From Vicinamibacteria bacterium (GTDB lineage: Bacteria > Acidobacteriota > Vicinamibacteria > Fen-336), in assembly GCA_041493035.1 (NCBI GenBank), contig JBGPYB010000003.1, forward strand, positions 1,208 through 65,207: 64,000 nucleotides of DNA, in the 5' to 3' direction. Below the pieces are notes generated by a model. That model searched no databases and was not told where the DNA came from. It was given only the letters and a program-made list of their open reading frames with translations. Made by a program: the position numbers and the translations under genes. This document shows positions 60,585 through 64,000 of this stretch, piece after piece (within the stretch, counting starts at the first letter, position 1; each line of letters begins with the position of its first letter).

Positions 60585-63095
60585 ATGATCTCCCTCGATC
60601 CAGGCCGCACGCTTTCCCACTACCTGATCGTGGAGAAGCTCGGCCAGGGAGGGCAGGCGACGGCCTACCGCGCCGAGGACCTCCGCCTCAATCGGCCCGT
60701 GGTCATCAAGGCGCTCCGCCCCGAGCTGGCGGAGAGCGACGCCGCCAGGCGCCGCTTCGAGCGGGAGGCCTGCCTCTGCTCGGCCCTGGAGCACCCCAAC
60801 ATCTGCGCGATCTACGACATGGGCGAGGAGGACGGGCTCATCTACATCGTGATGCAGCTCGTCGAAGGCAAGACCCTGAAGGAGCTGCTCCACGGCCGGC
60901 CCCTCGAGACCCTCTCGGCTCTCTCCATTGCAATACAGATCGCCGACGCGTTGGCTGTCGCCCACGCCGCGGGGATCATCCACCGTGACGTCAAGCCCAC
61001 GAACATCATGGTGACCCCCGCGGGCCAGGCCAAGGTCCTGGACTTCGGTCTGGCGAAGATGCTCGCATACCACGCGGAGGGCGACGTCCCCGAGACGGCC
61101 GGCGCGGACCCCCTGACCGAGGTCGGCGTGCCGTGCGGCTCCATCGGATATGGCTCCCCCGAGCAGGCCGCGGGCGAGTCGGTCGATCATCGTTCCGACA
61201 TCTTCAGCCTCGGGGTCGTGCTCTACGAGATGTTCACGGGACAGCCCGCCTTCCGCGGCAAGGGACGCCTCGAGGTGCTGCGTGCGGTGATCGCCGACAC
61301 GCCTCGGGAGATCGGCGTGCTGAATCCCGCGGCTCCCCCGCAGGTCCATGCGATCGTGGCGCGCGCCATCGCGAAGGACCCGGCGAGCCGCTACCAGACG
61401 ATGGCGGGGCTCCGGGACGAGCTGAAAGCCCTCATGCGCCGCCTGTCTCGGGAGACCGGGGTCGTCCCCACCGAATCCTCCGCGACACTCGTGGCGCCAC
61501 AACGCGCCCGCAGCGGCTGGCACCTGGGCGGGACGCTCGTGCGGGTCCTCGGCCGCTGGCGTACCGCCTCGCGGCATCACGCCCCCCCGGGCTTCTCGTC
61601 GAATCGCCCCGCGTCGTGGGGGACCGAGACGAAGACGACGCTGGCTGTCCTCCCATTCTCCAATCTCACGGGGGATCCAGGGGCGAGCTTCTACGAGTTC
61701 TCACTTGCCGACGGGATCATCACCGAGCTGGCGCAGCTCCGCTCCCTCGTCGTGCGTCCCTCGGCGTACATAGCGCCCTACGTGGGCCAGCGGGTAGACC
61801 CGCGGGAGGCGGGAGAAGCCCTGGCGGCGCAACTCGTGCTGACCGGCGGTTTCGCGAGAGCGGGAGAGCGCTTTCGCGTCAGCGCCCAACTCCTGGCCGC
61901 GGCCACGGGAGAAATCGTCTGGAGCGAGCGGATCGACGTCCCCGCTTCGGACCTCATCACCATCCAGGACACGATCGCCGAAAGGCTCATCGCGGGATTG
62001 CGCCTCAGCCTGACGGAACAGGAGCAGGAGCGGATAGACCGCCTTCCGACCACGAACAGCGAAGCCTACGAGTTCTACCTCAAGGGACGGGACTGTCTCT
62101 TCCGCTACGCGTCCCACAGCTTCGACGAGGCGGACCTCGAGGCCGCCATCCAGATGTTCCACGAGGCGGCGGGCCTCGACCCGGCCTTCGCCGCGGCCCA
62201 CGCGGCGCTCGGCCGGTGCTACGTCCACCACGCTCAGGGATACGGCGGAACCGAGTACTACACCCTGGCGGAGCGGTCGCTCAGGCGTGCCCTCGAGATC
62301 GACCCCGGGCTCGCCGAAGCCCGGCTCCAGACGGTGTACGTCGACCTCCATCGCGGCGACAAGAAACGAGCCGAAACGACCATCGAGGCTCTTCGCGGCG
62401 AGACCCCGGGCGATCCGTCGGTGCTCCTGGTGGGCGCGATGATCCACAGGATCGACGGTCTCTACGACGAGGCGCTGGCGGACTACGCCCGCCTCATCGA
62501 AGTCGATCCGACCTCACGGGTTCTCGCCGGATACAACCGCGCCCGGGTCTTCACCTACATGGGAGCCCACGAGCGGGCTGTCGCCGAGTTGGAAGAGGCG
62601 CGGCGGATCGAGCCAGAGCACCCCCTCGTCAAGACGTTCCTCGCCATCACCTATTTCAACCAGAGGCGAGTGGACGAGGCCCAGGCCCTTGTCGAGGAAG
62701 TCCTCCGCCAGAACCCGCACTTCGACGGCCTGCTCCCTGTCCTTGGGTGGTGCCTCTCGGCCCGAGGGGAACACGACCAGGCGCGAGCCGTCGTAACCGA
62801 CCGCGTGAAGGAGACGGCGGCCGCGGACCACGACATCGCTCTGTGGCTCGCGTCACTCTACGCCATGGAAGGGATGGTCGACGAGGGGATCGAGTGGTCG
62901 CGACAGGCCGTGCGTCTCGGCAACCACAACTACCCCCTCTTCTCGACCAGCGGCAAGCTCGACGGGCTCCGCGCCGACCCGCGTTTCGCGGACCTGCTGA
63001 CCGAGTTGCGCGCCACCTGGGAGTGGCGCAGGGGCGGTGCGACGGGAGACGGAGGCGCGACGAGCGGCCACCGGGCCCAGGAGGTTGGATTGTGA
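60585..63095 (+). CDS. Ser/Thr protein kinase with C-terminal TPR-repeat domain
   Basis: Hanks kinase motifs [33 protein letters not shown]-terminal ~400 aa TPR-like. Confidence 0.85.
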   Translation: MISLDPGRTLSHYLIVEKLGQGGQATAYRAEDLRLNRPVVIKALRPELAESDAARRRFEREACLCSALEHPNICAIYDMGEEDGLIYIVMQLVEGKTLKELLHGRPLETLSALSIAIQIADALAVAHAAGIIHRDVKPTNIMVTPAGQAKVLDFGLAKMLAYHAEGDVPETAGADPLTEVGVPCGSIGYGSPEQAAGESVDHRSDIFSLGVVLYEMFTGQPAFRGKGRLEVLRAVIADTPREIGVLNPAAPPQVHAIVARAIAKDPASRYQTMAGLRDELKALMRRLSRETGVVPTESSATLVAPQRARSGWHLGGTLVRVLGRWRTASRHHAPPGFSSNRPASWGTETKTTLAVLPFSNLTGDPGASFYEFSLADGIITELAQLRSLVVRPSAYIAPYVGQRVDPREAGEALAAQLVLTGGFARAGERFRVSAQLLAAATGEIVWSERIDVPASDLITIQDTIAERLIAGLRLSLTEQEQERIDRLPTTNSEAYEFYLKGRDCLFRYASHSFDEADLEAAIQMFHEAAGLDPAFAAAHAALGRCYVHHAQGYGGTEYYTLAERSLRRALEIDPGLAEARLQTVYVDLHRGDKKRAETTIEALRGETPGDPSVLLVGAMIHRIDGLYDEALADYARLIEVDPTSRVLAGYNRARVFTYMGAHERAVAELEEARRIEPEHPLVKTFLAITYFNQRRVDEAQALVEEVLRQNPHFDGLLPVLGWCLSARGEHDQARAVVTDRVKETAAADHDIALWLASLYAMEGMVDEGIEWSRQAVRLGNHNYPLFSTSGKLDGLRADPRFADLLTELRATWEWRRGGATGDGGATSGHRAQEVGL

Positions 63096-64000
63096 CCGCA
63101 CCCAAAGAGCTGCTGGAGCGGATCCAGAACCGTCTGGACGAAAGCTTCGTCGGGATCGGCGAGGTCGTCGCCGACCTCCGTCCGGCCGATCTGGCCGACC
63201 TCGTCAACCAGCTCACGTTGGCCGAGGCCGGTGCGGTCTTCAGCATGGTCTCGGTGGCACGAGCGATCGAAGTCTGCGACGAGCCCACGCTGCGGCGTCG
63301 GGCGGGGATCCTCCAGCAGCTCGATCCGGCCCGCGCTGCTCAAATTCTTTCCGGGCTCTCGGCCGACCAGCGCACCGAGATCATCCGCTACATGGGGGAG
63401 CTGGAGCGCCGGCGACTCCTCCCGAAGTTGGCGGCGGAGGCCCGGGGTGAGGTGGAAAAGCTCCTCCAGTACCCGCGACGGACCGCCGGCGGGATCATGA
63501 CCACGGAGTTCGTCCGCCTCGAGCCCGGGATTACCGTGGCCGACGCCCTCAAGCACATCCGAAGCGTGGCGAGAGAGAAGGAATCGATCTACGCCTGTTA
63601 CGTCCTCGAGCCCGGCACTGGGCGCCTCCTCGGCTCCGTCTCGCTGCGCGACCTGGTGATGGCCGAGATGTCGGCCGTGATCACCGACGTGATGCGCAAG
63701 AAACCCGTCACCGTGAACGCTCTCGACGACCAGGAGGCGGTGGCAAAGAAGATCGCGAAGTACAACCTCCTCGCAGTCCCCGTTCTCGAGAAGGACGGGA
63801 GCGTCGTGGGCTTCGTCACGGTGGACGACGTAATCGACGTCGTCGTCGAGGAGCAGACGGAGGACGTCCTCAAGATGGCCGGTATCGAGGGGAGCGCCCT
63901 CGACAAGCCCTACTTCGAGAATCCCATCTGGCTCGTGGTGCGGAAGCGCATCGGCTGGCTACTCCTCCTGTTCGTGGCCGAGACCTGCACGGGCACGGTT
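63092..64000 (+). CDS. mgtE: magnesium transporter MgtE, 3' partial
   Basis: GTG start overlapping the kinase TGA (GTGA). MgtE N-domain, CBS pair ([11 protein letters not shown]...[25 protein letters not shown]). The TM region begins at the window edge. Not in the track because there is no stop in the window. Confidence 0.85.
   Translation, partial: MTAPKELLERIQNRLDESFVGIGEVVADLRPADLADLVNQLTLAEAGAVFSMVSVARAIEVCDEPTLRRRAGILQQLDPARAAQILSGLSADQRTEIIRYMGELERRRLLPKLAAEARGEVEKLLQYPRRTAGGIMTTEFVRLEPGITVADALKHIRSVAREKESIYACYVLEPGTGRLLGSVSLRDLVMAEMSAVITDVMRKKPVTVNALDDQEAVAKKIAKYNLLAVPVLEKDGSVVGFVTVDDVIDVVVEEQTEDVLKMAGIEGSALDKPYFENPIWLVVRKRIGWLLLLFVAETCTGTV

Overview
This is a high-GC (~68%) bacterial chromosomal window with dense coding on both strands. 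No rRNA, tRNA, CRISPR array or mobile element was recognised. The dominant feature is a ~25 kb co-directional gene array on the minus strand (27085 down to 2333). It is an aromatic/histidine supraoperon: aroDE fusion, a ThiF/MoeB-like E1, hisZ-G-D-C-B-H-A, a small unknown ORF, hisF, hisIE, trpE-G-D-C-F-B-A, chorismate mutase, DAHP synthase, an embedded ABC-2 exporter pair and tyrA. It runs on into a fused CoA-transferase, a PstS-like protein and rho. Most junctions overlap by 4 nt (ATGA/GTGA). A second large minus-strand operon (43814 to 31545) encodes an Alternative Complex III (ActA-B-C-D-E-F-G-like), then SCO1 and a caa3-type cytochrome c oxidase (CoxII-I-III-IV). A 10-bp inverted repeat lies in its upstream region. 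Other content: partial alpha/beta hydrolase; Fic-domain protein with a degenerate active-site motif; small PKD-like secreted protein; bicistronic ribbon-helix-helix plus unknown-protein module with a perfect palindromic operator in its promoter; HtpX; GNAT; orphan CheY adjacent to a HisKA(no ATPase)-REC-nucleotide-cyclase hybrid; lipoprotein cytochrome c; fused membrane spermidine-synthase-like/TPR protein; 521-aa secreted unknown; upp; tandem DUF507 pair; DUF1203; DUF255-like protein lacking CxxC; metzincin lipoprotein; sthA; sfsA; BON protein; OmpA-family protein; FkpA; CspA; BNR-repeat protein; Ser/Thr kinase-TPR; partial MgtE. The ACIII+caa3 operon, the DUF507 genes and the fused his-trp-aro array are compatible with an Acidobacteria, Gemmatimonadetes or deltaproteobacterial-type lineage, but that is only a guess. 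Many long Arg/Pro-rich antisense or alternate-frame ORFs in the track are GC-driven shadow ORFs and were not called.
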